Assembly (NCBI GenBank): GCA_011109175.1
Contig: RDEW01000019.1
Coordinates: 1,081,845-1,125,110, forward strand
Length of the DNA stretch: 43,266 bases
From: Dicyema japonicum
Lineage: Eukaryota > Animalia > Dicyemida
Direction of reading: 5' to 3'
The notes below the pieces were generated by a model, which was given only the letters and a program-made list of their open reading frames with translations, had not been told where the DNA came from and ran no database searches. Positions within the stretch are counted from its first letter, which is position 1. The number at the start of each line of letters is the position of its first letter. Positions 13,035-25,689 of this stretch are shown here, in pieces. Made by a program: the position numbers and the translations under genes.

Positions 13035-14673
13035 CTTAACAAACGTTGTTTTGCGATGTGCTTATTAATTAACAATAATATACTTCTTAGGTGACAATTT
13101 AATTTTTAGGGCGATTTAATTGAAGTTTTTTTATTTTAAGTTACCCTAGTCATTATTATGATTTAAAAGAAAATAATATTAATAATTAAATATGCCAATC
13201 TGTAATGGATAAAAACCTCTTCTTCTTTTAATTTTTAAGTATATGACAACCAAGACCACAACAATTCGGCCAAATATACAAACTAGAAGTAGAGATTTGT
13301 ATTCTAAATTTAACTGAATATTACTGAATGGATTAGACTTTGTTCTACTTTTTACATGACTTTGAGGTTTAGCCTTCTTTAGTTTTGTCTTTATATGTGT
13401 TGTCGTTTTGAATGCGAAATTTGTAACAAAATCACACCCGAGAGCTAAATATCAATTATTATAAATTACCATTTCCAGTGAATATTGTATTATTATCTTT
13501 TTTTGACAGCTGCATTTTCATGTGCAATTTTTATCAAAATTTAATTCCATTTAATCTCATAGTAATTTTCGAATTTGTAGATAAGTGAATCACGATTCGT
13601 CAATTTTTTATTTTTCATTTGATTTTGTGAGTGCTTAAACGGTTACAACGTTAGAAGGGATCGACAAATTGTTCTCCCATCATCGGCAGAAGTGATATTC
13701 TGAGATAATCAGTCTTTACTCTTTTGAGGTCTCTGGATGATCCCAAGTTGATCAACATAATCTGCTGTAGTCAGGGATACGGTAGGGAGAATACAGAATT
13801 CTAACTTTATTACGAACTTGGAGTCACTTAAAGTTGGTGGATCTCATCATGATATTCTAGTTGAACGAGGGTTGGATAGAAACAGAAGAAAAATATACCT
13901 TCGTTCGAGTAGCTAATGGGGGAATCGAACCCATGACGGAGATTCCAATAGACTCTGTCGCCTACTAACATCTTTGGAAGCGCGAAAAAGTCAGTTATCT
14001 GCATTAACAATATAAAGCATAAAAAACGCGCCAACCTACTGTATGGGAAGAAGACCTGCCCGGGATCATCGAGAAAGACAGAACAAACGTCAGAAATTAG
14101 GTAACCCAGTCTTCGCAATTAAACGAGCCATCCAACGTATGTAGTCTCCCATTGTTCCCACTACCATGGGAAAGAGCCATCTCTCATCCCTGCAGAAGAC
14201 CGAAAAAATCCGGATCCACGACTACGGGTGGTAGCTTCCGTGATAGTGTTCGATTAACCAGAATGAGGGGTCATCATATAAATAATTTTCCGGTATATCG
14301 AATTGAGTCTGTGGAGGGTAGTCTCTAATAACGCGAATCTCCATGCAACAGAGGCATACTTCACAGCAGGGGTGCTAGTTTGCCGGTAGTGTTGCAACAG
14401 AATTCAAAGAGTCCTCCGGATAAGCGCACGTGTAACTTTCAACTTCTGCAGGTCTTTAGTGAGGACTTTCTTAGCATGAAAGTTGAAATTCAACAGCCTG
14501 TCGAACATTAATCCAAAAATTGAGGGAGACCTTGTTACTGGTATCTGGACAGGACAAATGAAAATTCGTGGATCGTTTTGAACGACGATTAATTCGGCAG
14601 GGATAAATAATTATAACTTGATATATTTTTGAATTTATTTTAATTATTTAATTTTAAATAAATTTTTATATAA

Positions 14674-15154
14674 ATGAAGGTTATAAAATTTGGTCGTAGT
14701 GTCACACAATATGGAAAGCCACTGTTTCGGTTGGCTTTGCAGCTCAAAAATTATGGAATCGGCAGATTGTTCATCCAGACGTGTGACATTGTGGATAACG
14801 TGCCAACTTCATTTTATCGCCTTACAAAAATTGTGCCAATAATGGATTCGCCTGTATATTAATTTATGACAGCAGAATTTCAACAGAGGGCGGTGTTGGG
14901 GAATTTGCTACAAGGATGGAAAATGCATAGAGGAGCATGAAATTACCACTGGGTACAAATTTCACTGGATGCTGGTAAGCAAGGAAGACGAGCACAAATA
15001 TCCGACTAATTGCCACCAGAACGTTCGCCATACAGAGGTGGAGACTCGAGTGCCTTTCGATTTGCCTCCTTTACTGATTAAGAAGCTATCACTAGAGAAT
15101 ACCTCCTGTGAATATGTTCAAAAGCACACAACGTTGACTCCAGTAAAAAACTAA
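14674..15154 (+). CDS. MRPS34: Mitochondrial ribosomal protein S34 (mS34); one intron 14854-14875 (or 14854-14872)
   Basis: Spliced product GKPLFRLALQLKNYGIGRLF...SFYRLTKIVP...GRCWGICYKDGK...YKFHWMLVSKEDE...PPLL matches mS34 motifs (GK.L.....L..FG.GR, GR.WG, DW.LV.K.EE, PPLL). Confidence 0.8.
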
Positions 15155-15930
15155 TCTTTTGATAAATATTTATATTTTGACGATTTTAGCTAATATTAGG
15201 TCAATCTCTTCATCGGCCACGTGTCACATCATTTGGTAGTTGACTAAGCCATCAAGAAGCTCATCCATAATCTGTAACGCCTTAGTGTGGTCACTATACT
15301 TTGTAGGACAATATCTGAATCAAGAAGCACGTGATATATTCCAGCTGGCCCTCAGTTGACATAATTTAGTAGGACAAGGCTGGGGGTTACTTAAGTCAAT
15401 ATAATACCCTTAATTGTTGTGACCACTCCTATTCTAGTTTCTATACCTTTCCTCTGTTCTCTCCTTCTACTAGAGTGTCTTCATGTCATTTACTCTTCCG
15501 GGATTTTGAGTCATATGATCTACCACTGTTAGTGTGTTCATTTGCTTTTCCTCATTCCATTGGCTTATTATTTCGAAAGGTTCCCACAAGGACCAGGGTT
15601 TATCTCCCAGTTTTGAGCAGGACAACATCAACCCTAGGTCCTACGTCCATCCAACGCTTCCTTTGCTAAAAATATGTCCTCCAAGTTCGTGACCCTAGCT
15701 AAGCTCACGAAAAGAAGTAAGAAAAGGCTTTCATCTACAATAAAGCTAAGTACGTCACCACGTAAATCTTCTGGCCTATTAACCACTTAGTTGATAGAAA
15801 ACATAAGACATAATAAAGCCTTTTCACGAGAGCCATAGTATTTATAGCTCCGCATAGGCAGGACACACACTTTATTTAAGTAAAGAACAATTAATTTTAA
15901 CTAATCGTAGAACCAAAGAATGATCTTCAC

Positions 15931-16125
15931 TTTTTTTTCTTTTTCTTGTATGAGTGTCCTTTCTAGACATTCCAGTTCCGCAGTGGGTATCCACTGACGA
16001 CGGCGTCACTCGTCAAATCCTTTTAGCATCGTAGATGCGTGGAACCTTCCACCAGGTGAACAGCAGCGAGAATCGAACCCGTAACCTAAGTCACTTAAGC
16101 CCGACACCTAACCACTATGCTACAC
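15931..16125 (-). mobile_element. tRNA-derived SINE-like element (~195 bp)
   Basis: A box TAGCATAGTGG and B box GGTTCGATTC at tRNA spacing, but no acceptor-stem pairing. These are followed by a ~110-nt body and an A-rich tail (aagaaaaagaaaaaaaa). Confidence 0.65.
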
Positions 16126-16312
16126 ATAAAGAACAGAATAAATATTCCACTCAATAAAAATTCGAGAGAACTCTGAGTAATATGAAAAAGTTATCTTAAA
16201 ACCAATTTGAGAGGCTGTTACTAAGTGGATTGTGATTCGAGGTTCATGAGTACGGAGAAAGTAAAGAAAAACAATTAAAATAAAGGATACTATTAAAATA
16301 AATTAAAGATTA

Positions 16313-19275
16313 TCAAAATCTTGGGTTATTCCCCCTATCCTGATTCCTCATGCTCATTTTAAAATACGGATTTTCATGAATATTAGAAAACTTATTGATC
16401 GGTTGTGGTCGTACTCCTGAGGGTACAGCAGAAGGAGTCGGCCTAACTGGAAACCCAGGAGGAAGTGTCCTGTTGTTGAGATAAGGTAAATTAGCGATAG
16501 GATTTCCACTAGGAGCCGACGGAGGTCTAGCCGTAGGATTATAATAAGGAGTAGGTGGACAAACAGTTGATGGATGAATATTCGGGATGGTTACTAAAAA
16601 TTGAGCACTTGGAGGTTGGTGGGGAGTTGGGTTCAAGTTAGGCCTATACATCGGAACTTGATTCCTAATGGCCTGGTGTGGATTAGTTTGACCGACCCAT
16701 TGTGGGTACGGTGGACAGTAGTTCGACATCTGTGAATTATGCAGTTGCTGGTGGACACTCGGAAATCGTTGCTGTGAACTTGGGACGTTAAAATTCTCAT
16801 TGTTTACACGATTGTCTAAGAATAAGTTAATTTACCACATTTTTGAGTGGGAGGCTGTTTCGGGGGTTGGGAATTTTGAGACAGATTCCGGTAAAAATCA
16901 TCAAACCGACGTTTCATAGCATTTCTTGAACTTATGGTCTGCTCTGCGTTCGAAATGACCTCGTCGAGCAAATCAAGTCTTCTTTCAATGTCGGCTTCGT
17001 CATACTCCCGTCTAAGCAAATAATGCACGTAAAATACGCCTCTCTGGCCTCATGGACCGTTTTTAAGGGGTGAATATCTTCAAGTGGAGTTTCCGCAGCT
17101 GGGAGAAGGCTTCGTCTTGCTCAGCCATTGTTTCTCTGATTTTTTCAATCTGAGGATTATATTTTTCCAGTCTCTTTTCGAAGAATTTCTAAAAAGAGCA
17201 ATCAGGAAAAATCGCACAGAATCGGGATCATGCACAGTCTGAGCCAACTTCTGAGTCACGTCATCGTTTACGGCTTCTTCCCTCAGAGAGTTCACCATTT
17301 CTTGCTTATTTTCTGTCAATCTCGCGATTTTGTTGGCCAATTCCTTAAAAGTGTAAACGTCAGCCATCAATTCTTCATCTTTCTATAAAGCGGTCCCAAA
17401 TCAACCAATGAAGCTGGTCGGATCAGTCAAGTGATTCTTCAGCTCTCTCCTGTCCGTCAGAGTGTTCATGATGGTGATTATCTGTTCCAACGCAGTCAGT
17501 ATTTGTTGTCGCTTTCTCTGAGGGATTCGTGATTTGATTTGAGCTTTTCGAACAAACGTTTGTCGTTTTCCAGTTTTTCCTTCGAAGTGACCTTAAAGTT
17601 AATCACTAAATTACCAAAGATTTTTTCAATTCGGCAAATTTAGCATCAATGTTTTTAATCCCCTCTTTAATTTGAGCCAGGACGTTTTCGAGCTCTGACT
17701 TTGCCATGAAATAATGAAACCTTCAAACTGAGAGGTCACTTTGTCGCATTTCCCGCTATTTTTGTCGGAAAAAAGCATGCATTTTGTGATTCGCTCAGAA
17801 AAGTCAGACAGACGTCCTTTAATAATGTCCTCGACTATTTTCATGTTAAATCCAGTCATGGTGTCCCTTTATCATAGAAAATATAAATACTGGATTTTTC
17901 CGTCCTGCTCGGAAATTTCGTCTGCAATTGAACGTAGGAGCTTGGCTTTGTACTCGCTTCGATTATAACGGGGACCACCTGTAAATCGACGACATTTCAT
18001 GACTTTTAAGGGAAACAAGACGGGAGAACAGGTCAGGCCCTGAGTCTTCATGCATGTTCAATCTTAATGGCTGGACAAATTTTTTACCTAAAAACTGTTA
18101 AAACAAAAAATACCAGAAACCGGATAATCCAACGTATTGGGCACAGATTGGTAATAAACAAAATTATTTGTTTTTTCCGCAGAGTCGTGCTCCTCCTTTA
18201 TTTTTGCAGATAATTTTTTTAGTTCATTAAAATCAGGTATAATTTCCTGTTAAAATTATATTGAAACATAAATATAATCAAAAAATATTTGAATCTTAAA
18301 TAAAATTTTACTTTATAGCGGGAATTTTCGCACAATTTTAATGAGCTAAGTGCGTCCTTATAAAACCGTAGACCTCTTCCATATTGCTCAGCAGCCACTT
18401 CTCTTTGCCCATAAAAGTGATTTATTTGAGATTTGAAATAACTTCCAACTCCTTCAGCCCAGTTTGTGATAAACTACGCGTAAATTCGTGAAAAACCTGT
18501 GAAATCGACTTTTTGGTATTTTGCAGTGATATATCTTTCTTGACGTCTTCAAACTCGTTAATAAGATGAATAATAATTAAAGGAAGTGGAGACTTTGCCG
18601 AGAAATCGTTACTGCACTTTAAGTACACGCATATTTGAGCAAAAATCTTAAAATGATGTGAATTAAAACCAGAAATATCTTTGATAGGATACTGTAGTGC
18701 TGAGGGTTAGCTCTATACCCCAAATTTTCAGTGAAGACTGAAATAATTTCTATACAGCCGGACGATTTCTGGAATGCTATACACAAAGCTCTCAAATACT
18801 AGAAAATCAGATGTAGGGGTTAACTGAGTCTTTATCGCTAAACTCGCTTTGTTTGACGGAATGCGGCAACATCAAAGCGACGTTGTAAAGCGCGAAGATT
18901 TCGTCCACATAAATGGTAAGATATTCGAGCTTCTCGTTAAAGGAGGTGTCGGCCCAAGAGACTTCCTCAGTTGGAAAAATATTCATTCTAGTAGCGCGGG
19001 CTTTTAGAAATTGTAGCTGACATAAGTATTCCTTGGTTTTTTTTAAATTGCTAACATCAGGCATGCATGCGTACTGAAATTAATTAAGAAGTACTTCTCT
19101 TAGAATGTTAATGTGCTCTATTTCTGAGGAGAACGAATTTGGGTCATCTCCATAGCTAAGGACACACTGAATTGTCAAATATATTATTAACTCTTTGTAT
19201 AAATCGATCAAAAGTGACAGTTGTCTCACATGAGAAAAATCCAAAGCGTCTGAAAAACAAATTGTAATATTCCAT
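16313..19275 (-). CDS. PTPN23: Bro1 domain + V/coiled-coil + proline-rich protein, HD-PTP/PTPN23-like without PTP domain; multi-exon; two 1-nt frameshifts in this copy
   Basis: Spliced N-terminus FDRFIQRCVLSYGDDPNSFSSEIEHINILREYAC...KEYLCQLQFLKAR...VSWADT...LYNVA aligns with HD-PTP KFVLKNYGENPEAYNEELKKLELLRQNA...KYLGQLHYLQSR...VTWTEI...LYNLG. Introns at 19167-19191, 19074-19094, 17867-17890 and 17012-17037. Proline-rich tail with PSAP. Not all internal exons were resolved. Confidence 0.8.
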
Positions 19276-19349
19276 CACAACGAAATAATAAAAAAATTTA
19301 AATTTTTGTTTTAATTTAACTTAACATTTTTGGAAATTTAAGATATTTT

Positions 19350-19600
19350 ATTACGATAAATTACGGTAGTGTGCTGGATTATGTAAAAAAGTCCGAAAAG
19401 AACCTCCAAAATCACTGAACGCTGGATTTCTAGAGAGTTCCAGCCAACAATGCCTCCTGAAGACTTGATAGGAAAGACCCATGGAACGCGCCTTCGTGAC
19501 TGCGAAGGTCCAGTCACTCGACCGATACTTGCTTGTGTGGGGTCGAGGGAGGAGCATCAGGCCAAGATGAGGTCCCTGCTAGAGCGTGATTTCTTAGTTT
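19350..19600 (+). mobile_element. LINE C-terminal stub (duplicated at ~38490-38740)
   Basis: RPILACVGSREEHQAKMRSLLER resembles RPYRKCVGSRSEHREKMARLLR. Confidence 0.7.
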
Positions 19601-21099
19601 GTGTAACCGTGGTCTCTGGTGTTATTATTATGCTCTTTTTGCAAAACTCTCCGAGTTGACAGTAAATCCTTTTTTTGAATATCCTCAGCTAATAAACTGT
19701 TCGTCTACCATGCCAAAGTTAACCGATCTATGGGAGCTACTGTCATTTTTTGCATCCTATTTAATAGCTGATGGTCTCCTACAAGTTAGTGAGGCCGAGG
19801 TTATTTAACTGACTAACTAACTATCGGCAGCGTGTAATGAGAAGGACGGGAGCCCTAATGACACCTCCAAAGTTTCCACATTTAAAACGAGCGTATAGGA
19901 AGCGAGCAAAGGTGAGATGGATGTTTAAGGCCGGGTAACCAGACGGCCGTGTTTTCCCTGCTAATTTTTAAATAAACAAATAAGAAGGAAAGTTGGATGG
20001 AGAATACAGTAGAACGGATTATATGGAGGAGCAAAACTCTGGATATTTTATGATTATGGGAAAGGCGGGATATTGGTATATTCGCTAGTTAGCAATCAAA
20101 CCAGTGGTTGACTTTGTGATGTAGCTCTAGCGTACTATGGGGATGCATTAGAATGTTTAATGTCTTCATGACTTTTCATCCGCTAACTTTGTGGAAGTTA
20201 AGTCGATATTTGAAATAACCGAGATTACCCTGGTTAATTCCCGATCTTTTAGAAAGTATGCTGCGGAGCTGGTTTCCCTTACCAGCGCTGTTCAGATGGA
20301 TGTATTAATTATTAGTGAACAAACATAAAAAACCTCGGAATTATTAATATCCTAGATTATGATTTGATTGATATTCCTATGGCGTCCTGGTGCGATCACT
20401 GGTACAGGCACCTCTATTTTCTACAAGAAAAATATTAATACGCTTATGTCAAAATTTATTATCTCTGTATTTTTTCTTTTGTATAGGACCTTCTCCCCAG
20501 TAAATCCTCTCTCTTCCATTTCACCACAAATCGTACCGTCATGGACGGATGACTTCTATCGTCGAATTAATCTCCAAAATCGCATTTTAACTATAATAAA
20601 AATCAAAATTTCGACCTCTTCTATCTAGGAACCCGCCCGCGAGGTCCCTTGATTTACCGGCGATGAAATTACCGGTTACCCATTTCGAAGGTTTTTGACA
20701 GTGTCAACAACAGGAAAAAGTCTAATATTTGTGTGAATACTAAGCGATCAAATCCATGGATCACTTACAATATCTTGGAGTGTTTGAATTCAAAGGGTCT
20801 TCTAAAGATCACATCACAGAAGGAGAAAAGCTACCGCGATGTTGAAATTGCTTCTACGACATCACTGAGTCCGGAAACTTTTCTATGTTTATACAGCTTG
20901 TGTAGAACCGTTCCTGATTTATGGCTACAAGGATGATTTGAAATCGATGAGAGAAGTATTCTCGTGGAGCTTCTCGATAGATTGGGGAGATATGCTAATA
21001 AATTGGCATGGACTCGATTTAAAATCCAAATTACCACCTAATTAAGAGTGGTGCGCAAGATCCATTAAAAAATTATTGCACCACTCAAGGGGCCAATAA

Positions 21100-22340
21100 T
21101 TTGAAGAGGAGACATATGCTGTCTTGATATAGAAGACCCCATCAATTAGTACAAACTCGTTGGTTTCTCCCATTTTAATTAGTTTCTAGTTAGCAACGAG
21201 TTTGTTTAGATGATAAAATTATCTGTCTGCCTAAATGAGGGGTCTCAGAGGTATCAGAAAAGTAACAGAGAGAAGGAAGGCACCTTCCTGAAAAGAGATG
21301 CTATCCTTGACTCGTATGTTGCAGGTGAATAGGGATGTAACGGATTTCTCAGGACTGATTCAGTAGGTTTTCATTCAGCTACACAAGAAACAGTTCAGGC
21401 AATGTTATACTCTCTTCGTGGCTGTCTGATCCCGTGATGATAAAACGATGTCGTCTGCAGAAGCCAATAAAAGATGGGGATGTCAGCCTATAATAAGTTG
21501 GAAAGTACGACAGGAGATGGTCAACCCTGTGGTACTCAATTAATAAATAGTAGAGAGACTGATTGAATGTTTCCAAGGCATACTCTCCCCCTCCTCTTAC
21601 TAAGAAAGTTACCAAGTCAACTTAGAAATTCCCAGGAATGTCGTCTGGAATATTTCCAAGTAAGATTCTTTCTGGGAATGGAGTGGAGGGCTTTACATAT
21701 ATCCACTGAGCATAGGACGGTCTACTGATATCTTGGTTTATTGAAAAAGCCAGAGTTTCCCAGGGAGATTAGAAGACTGGTGGGTGATCGGTCTTTTTTA
21801 AATTAATGCTGGGACTATCAGTCAGGAAGATAGTCTTTTATTTCACATAGACGAGCCTCTCCAAAATTTTGGACATTGAGCATAGAAGTCACTGTAGCAA
21901 TAACCTCGTTACCCAGATTTTTCAGAAGTATGATAGGAATCAATTTTCTTTGTATTTCAGAAGTATCCTAGGAAGTTCATTTTCTTCTCTGTATTTTGAA
22001 TTCTTTAGCTTTTATTTCATTGCTCAACGATTTTATGTGGAGTCTTGGTTCAGGAGACAATTCCAGGCCCTTTCGAGTCGATTTCTTTTTTTGACTAGAG
22101 CCATCTACTGATATAACTGGTGTGTCTTTTTTGGGACAGTCATAGATCTTGTTTCCAAAATAACATTGTTGATTTACGTGACTGTTTTGTAAAATGGAGG
22201 ATAAACTCTCCAGCAGTAAACCAGTCGAACTTCAGTCTGTTAAATTTAGAAAGAGTGGCCAGTTGGTGAGTTTGTATATATAAGACGGTTTTAGCTTTTC
22301 TCAGATCTCCCTTTAATCTTCAAAAACTACAACTATGATC
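21100..22340 (-). mobile_element. Highly degenerate APE-RT LINE relic (linker + RT)
   Basis: Broken frames give YTKLTNWPLF, LCSVDICKALHSIPRK, GVPQG*PSPVVLSNL and SADDIVLSSRD (21450-21461). Boundaries approximate. Confidence 0.7.
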
Positions 22341-22417
22341 ACTATTTGATTCCGGTTATTTTATTATTATTCCCAGGATCACTGGGTCAAAGAGAAGAAG
22401 TAAAAGTTCTCAACTAA

Positions 22418-22648
22418 CTAAGTGATACCAGACCGACAAGGGAGAGTACGAGTCCGGCGGGGTCGAGAATCTTGTACAGCTTTTCTCATCGGACATGGCA
22501 TTGGCTCAAAATTTTTGTATGATTGTAGATATTTCGATAGTGCATGGAACAGAAGGCAGCTCGGTACACTAGCCGCCTTTAAGAGTTTCTGTTGTAATTC
22601 TATTAAGAAATTTTCAATGAGGAGGATGGTGAAGTCTACATTGCCCAC
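22418..22648 (-). mobile_element. LINE C-terminal stub preserved as a 76-aa ORF
   Basis: ELQQKLLKAASVPSCLLFHALSKYLQSYKNFEPMPCPMRKAV...SGIT* aligns with EQQKFLKMVQSSGSSLEDEFLAYQKDARKFEIKPSPFERS...TGIT* at 32.1-32.46 kb. TTAGTTAGTT tail. Confidence 0.7.
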
Positions 22649-22700
22649 GAAGGACTTGATACGTCATTTTTAATTTAATTTTGAACCAAAATAAACAAAT

Positions 22701-24103
22701 TCAGCTGATCCCAGCATCCCTTAGCAGTCTCCGCATCTTTTCTCGGTGTTCCGACTGCGTTCCTGGGCATTTCCTATATGGACGGGGTGGGAGTCCTTCG
22801 GAGCACTGTTCCAGTCGCCTCTATCATATTTTCTAATTTTCTAGGCAAGATTTCCACTCGAGAATATTTCCATAGTAGCTTTGTTGCCTTCATTTGAATG
22901 TTGCATATTTTGTCCAAATTCGTTGCAGAAAGGTTCGATCCCCAGATATTACATGTGTATCCTATTATAGCCTCGATGAACTGTTTGTATATGACATCCA
23001 GACCACTTAGATCTTTTTTGTCTCCTAGGTTTCCCAAGAACGCCTTCAGGAAGTTGATTTTCCTCGTACAAGTCAATAACATATTTTCAACATGTTTTGT
23101 GAAAGTTAAGATGGTGTACAAGGTAACTCCCATAATTTTCTGGTATTTGTTTTGCGGGATAATCTTTCCATCCAGTGTGACGTCAATTGATATTTTCCCT
23201 AGTCTTCTGTTTGTCGTGAATAAAGTCGACACCGACTTCTCTGGGCTAGCAGTCAATTGATTTTCCCAAAACCATAAACTTAATTTATTCATTGTGTTCT
23301 CTATTCTTTTCGTTGCTTTCAAAATACTCACATCCCTCGAGGCAATCATTTTATCATCAGCATACGTTAATAATAAGTCATCGTCCCCCTGAGGGAGTGG
23401 CAAGTCATCCATCATAACGTTGAACAATAAGGGCGTTCCCTGGGGAACGCCATTTGCTAATTGTCTCGATACGGAACATCGATTGCCATAGTGTACTCGT
23501 CGACCACTCAAGAAATTTCCCAACCATAATTTCAGGTTTGCGCCAATGTTCGACGAATCTATTTTGTGCGTGATAATCTTCCTCGAAACCGAGTCACAAG
23601 CCTTCTGGATATCAATTGAGCAAACAATCGTCTTTTTCTGTCCTGGTTTTTTGTTAAGGCCATAACTGGCATCCGGGAGGAAATGTCGTGTGAGTGTCAT
23701 AATCATCCTTTCTAGGATTCTTGTCTGGACGCACAAGAGCGACAACAGGCTAGTAAGAAGCAAGGTCCTTCCTTAGTTTTCCAGGCTTCAGTATTGGATG
23801 AATATTCGAAAGTTTCCATATAGCGGGAATACAGTTGAAGTTAATTGAGTAGTTGAAGATGCATGTTAGTGCTGATACTCCCACTGTGCCCATCTTTTTC
23901 AACAGAATAACCGGGATCCCGTCCGGTCCACAGGAATGTGTGTTCTTTGTTCGATAGATCTCCAAAGCGACATCTCCCGGTAGAACATACATTGTTGGGT
24001 GCCTACTTTTCGGCTTCGGATTTTTGTGTGGGAGAATGTCCATCCTTTGGAATGGTTTGTGGCTTGTTCTCACACAATGTTTGATAAATTTATTCAGATC
24101 CAT
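22701..24103 (-). mobile_element. 5'-truncated RT-only copy of the 6872-9675 LINE family
   Basis: HSCGPDGIPVILLK, SIDIQKACDSV, GVPQGTP, YADDK, NIWGSNLSATNLDKI and RLLRDAGIS*; frameshifted. Confidence 0.93.
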
Positions 24104-24208
24104 CTCCTGTTCATTTTAAATATTTTATAATAATTGTTTTAAACATTAGTTAATTTTTAAATTTATTTAAATCATGTGGTTCGTAATTTGTCATATTTTA
24201 GTATTTAA

Positions 24209-25015
24209 ATGGTTAAAGTTTTGATAAACGGATGTCTTCTGTTTTTGGAAAGGAAACTGTAAAGGCATTTCTCAATAAAGGATATCACGTTTTCGGCGTT
24301 GATACAAAATCCGAAGACAACGGTGATTTTAACCGTGGAAAATACGATTATTTTAAGACAGACGTACTTTGCCGTTAAATTGTAGGTGACTCAAGTAGAC
24401 GATGTTAGACAACTTTTCAAGAAATTCATTTCGACCCAAGCATTCCCCGATGTAATCGTGAATTGTTCTCAGTTCATGTACGTCTCAAACTGCTATAATA
24501 AATTTAACGACAAGACGTTCAGTCCGACCTTCTTCGAGAAGATTCAAATGGTGCTATTCCACTTTTCATTTCAGATTCACGTCATTGGCCCGTATAATTT
24601 GGCTTTTGAAGCTTGTCAGTCGTATATTAAACTTCAACGTGTATCTCCACTTTCCATTGTGAACACGTCGTCTTTTGGGGAACACGGGTGTGCTGGGCAT
24701 TCGGCTTTGGCCTCCACGGCTGCTGCTATTAATTCTCTAACCTCAGCCTTAGCTTCTTTCACCTCAGAAAAGAAGATCAGTTTTATTGCCATTTCTCCGG
24801 GTTTTGATTCAATTTTATATGTAGGCTTATTTGAGAATGAATTCCTGGAAGGTCTCCCAGAAGATATATCTAGGACATTTGGATATTTGAATTCCTTTCC
24901 TTATCGTCTTGGAAAGCCCGCTGAGTATTCCAGCATAGTGACTGATTCTGCTCTTAATAGATCTTTCAGTGGAACTATCATTCCCATCGACGGAGGAATG
25001 AGGTTATGTCCTTAG
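24209..25015 (+). CDS. HSD17B10: HSD17B10/scully (MRPP2)-like short-chain dehydrogenase; apparent -1 frameshift near 24236; introns incl. 24364-24385 and two in-frame 24-nt introns
   Basis: Restored N-terminus MVKVLINGCSSVFGKETVKAFLNKGYHVFGVD (Rossmann fold). C-terminus FPYRLGKPAEY...N....G..I.IDGGMRLCP matches HSD10 FPSRLGDPAEY...NPFLNGEVIRLDGAIRMQP. Confidence 0.8.
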
Positions 25016-25129
25016 TCTTTTCACTATGTTGATTTTATGCCCACGTGATGACTTGTGTTAATTAGTCTGTTTCCTTATTAAATAAGGTTTCTGTAAGGAC
25101 TTTGTCGAACGGTGGAATACTCTCCCTTA

Positions 25130-25330
25130 GAGATTGTTTCTACTCCTTCCAAATTGCCTTCGAAACCTCTGGAGCGGTTGGTAGAATGGGCAAAGGAGAC
25201 TAAGATATCCTCTTGAATGGAAATGGTATCACACCTCCTGGCAATGCTTGTGTGTGTTTGAGGGAGGAACGTCGGCCCAAGTTGAAGTCTCTGTTAGAGC
25301 GTACCGGGTTCTCGTGAGTAGTTAGTTTGG
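25130..25330 (+). mobile_element. LINE C-terminal stub
   Basis: CVCLREERRPKLKSLLERTGFS* followed by gtagttagttt; nucleotide similarity to 19545-19586. 5' boundary approximate. Confidence 0.65.
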
Positions 25331-25689
25331 TGGTTCCGTGCAACGGATTTAATCATCCTGTGATGGTAATACCGAAGTTGATGCTCAGGTTATTCATCAT
25401 GTGAGCTACTATTGGAAGTATGATCTCTTAAATAGTTGTTCTTAGAGTGTCACGTGGTTTGTTATTAGAACGGTAGGAATTTGGTCTCCTGCTCTTTACG
25501 CTTATCCAAGTTCCTCCAAATTTTGGGCAAGACGGTGTTCGAATTGAGAGTTTACTATTAGAAGATTCTTTTGGTTCGTGTACCCGATGTCTTCAGACTC
25601 CATCAAAGAAAGAGGACGAAAGGAAATAGCAATTATTAAGATGGAGACATTTAGTGTATTCACTAGATCAACCTTCATACCAATTAACT

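Noticed and set aside
13912-13945. Perfect Pol III B box (GGGTTCGATTCCC, minus strand) suggesting a tRNA
   Set aside because: No A box or cloverleaf upstream; it lies within an open frame (RHGFDSP) and is likely chance.
13640-14600. Possible spliced minus-strand gene (SHGSGNNGDYIRWMARLIAKT-GYL, faintly alpha/beta-hydrolase-like)
   Set aside because: Orientation from the 14.6-kb island is plausible, but I could not assemble exons or support a family.
15575-15620. PQG..LSP-like RT motif
   Set aside because: It needs a frameshift and has no flanking RT motifs.
16050-16125. Functional tRNA gene
   Set aside because: Acceptor and anticodon stems do not pair; treated as a SINE head.
19900-21000. 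Possible decayed LINE 5' half (NPWITYNILECL)
   Set aside because: Only one weak linker-like motif.
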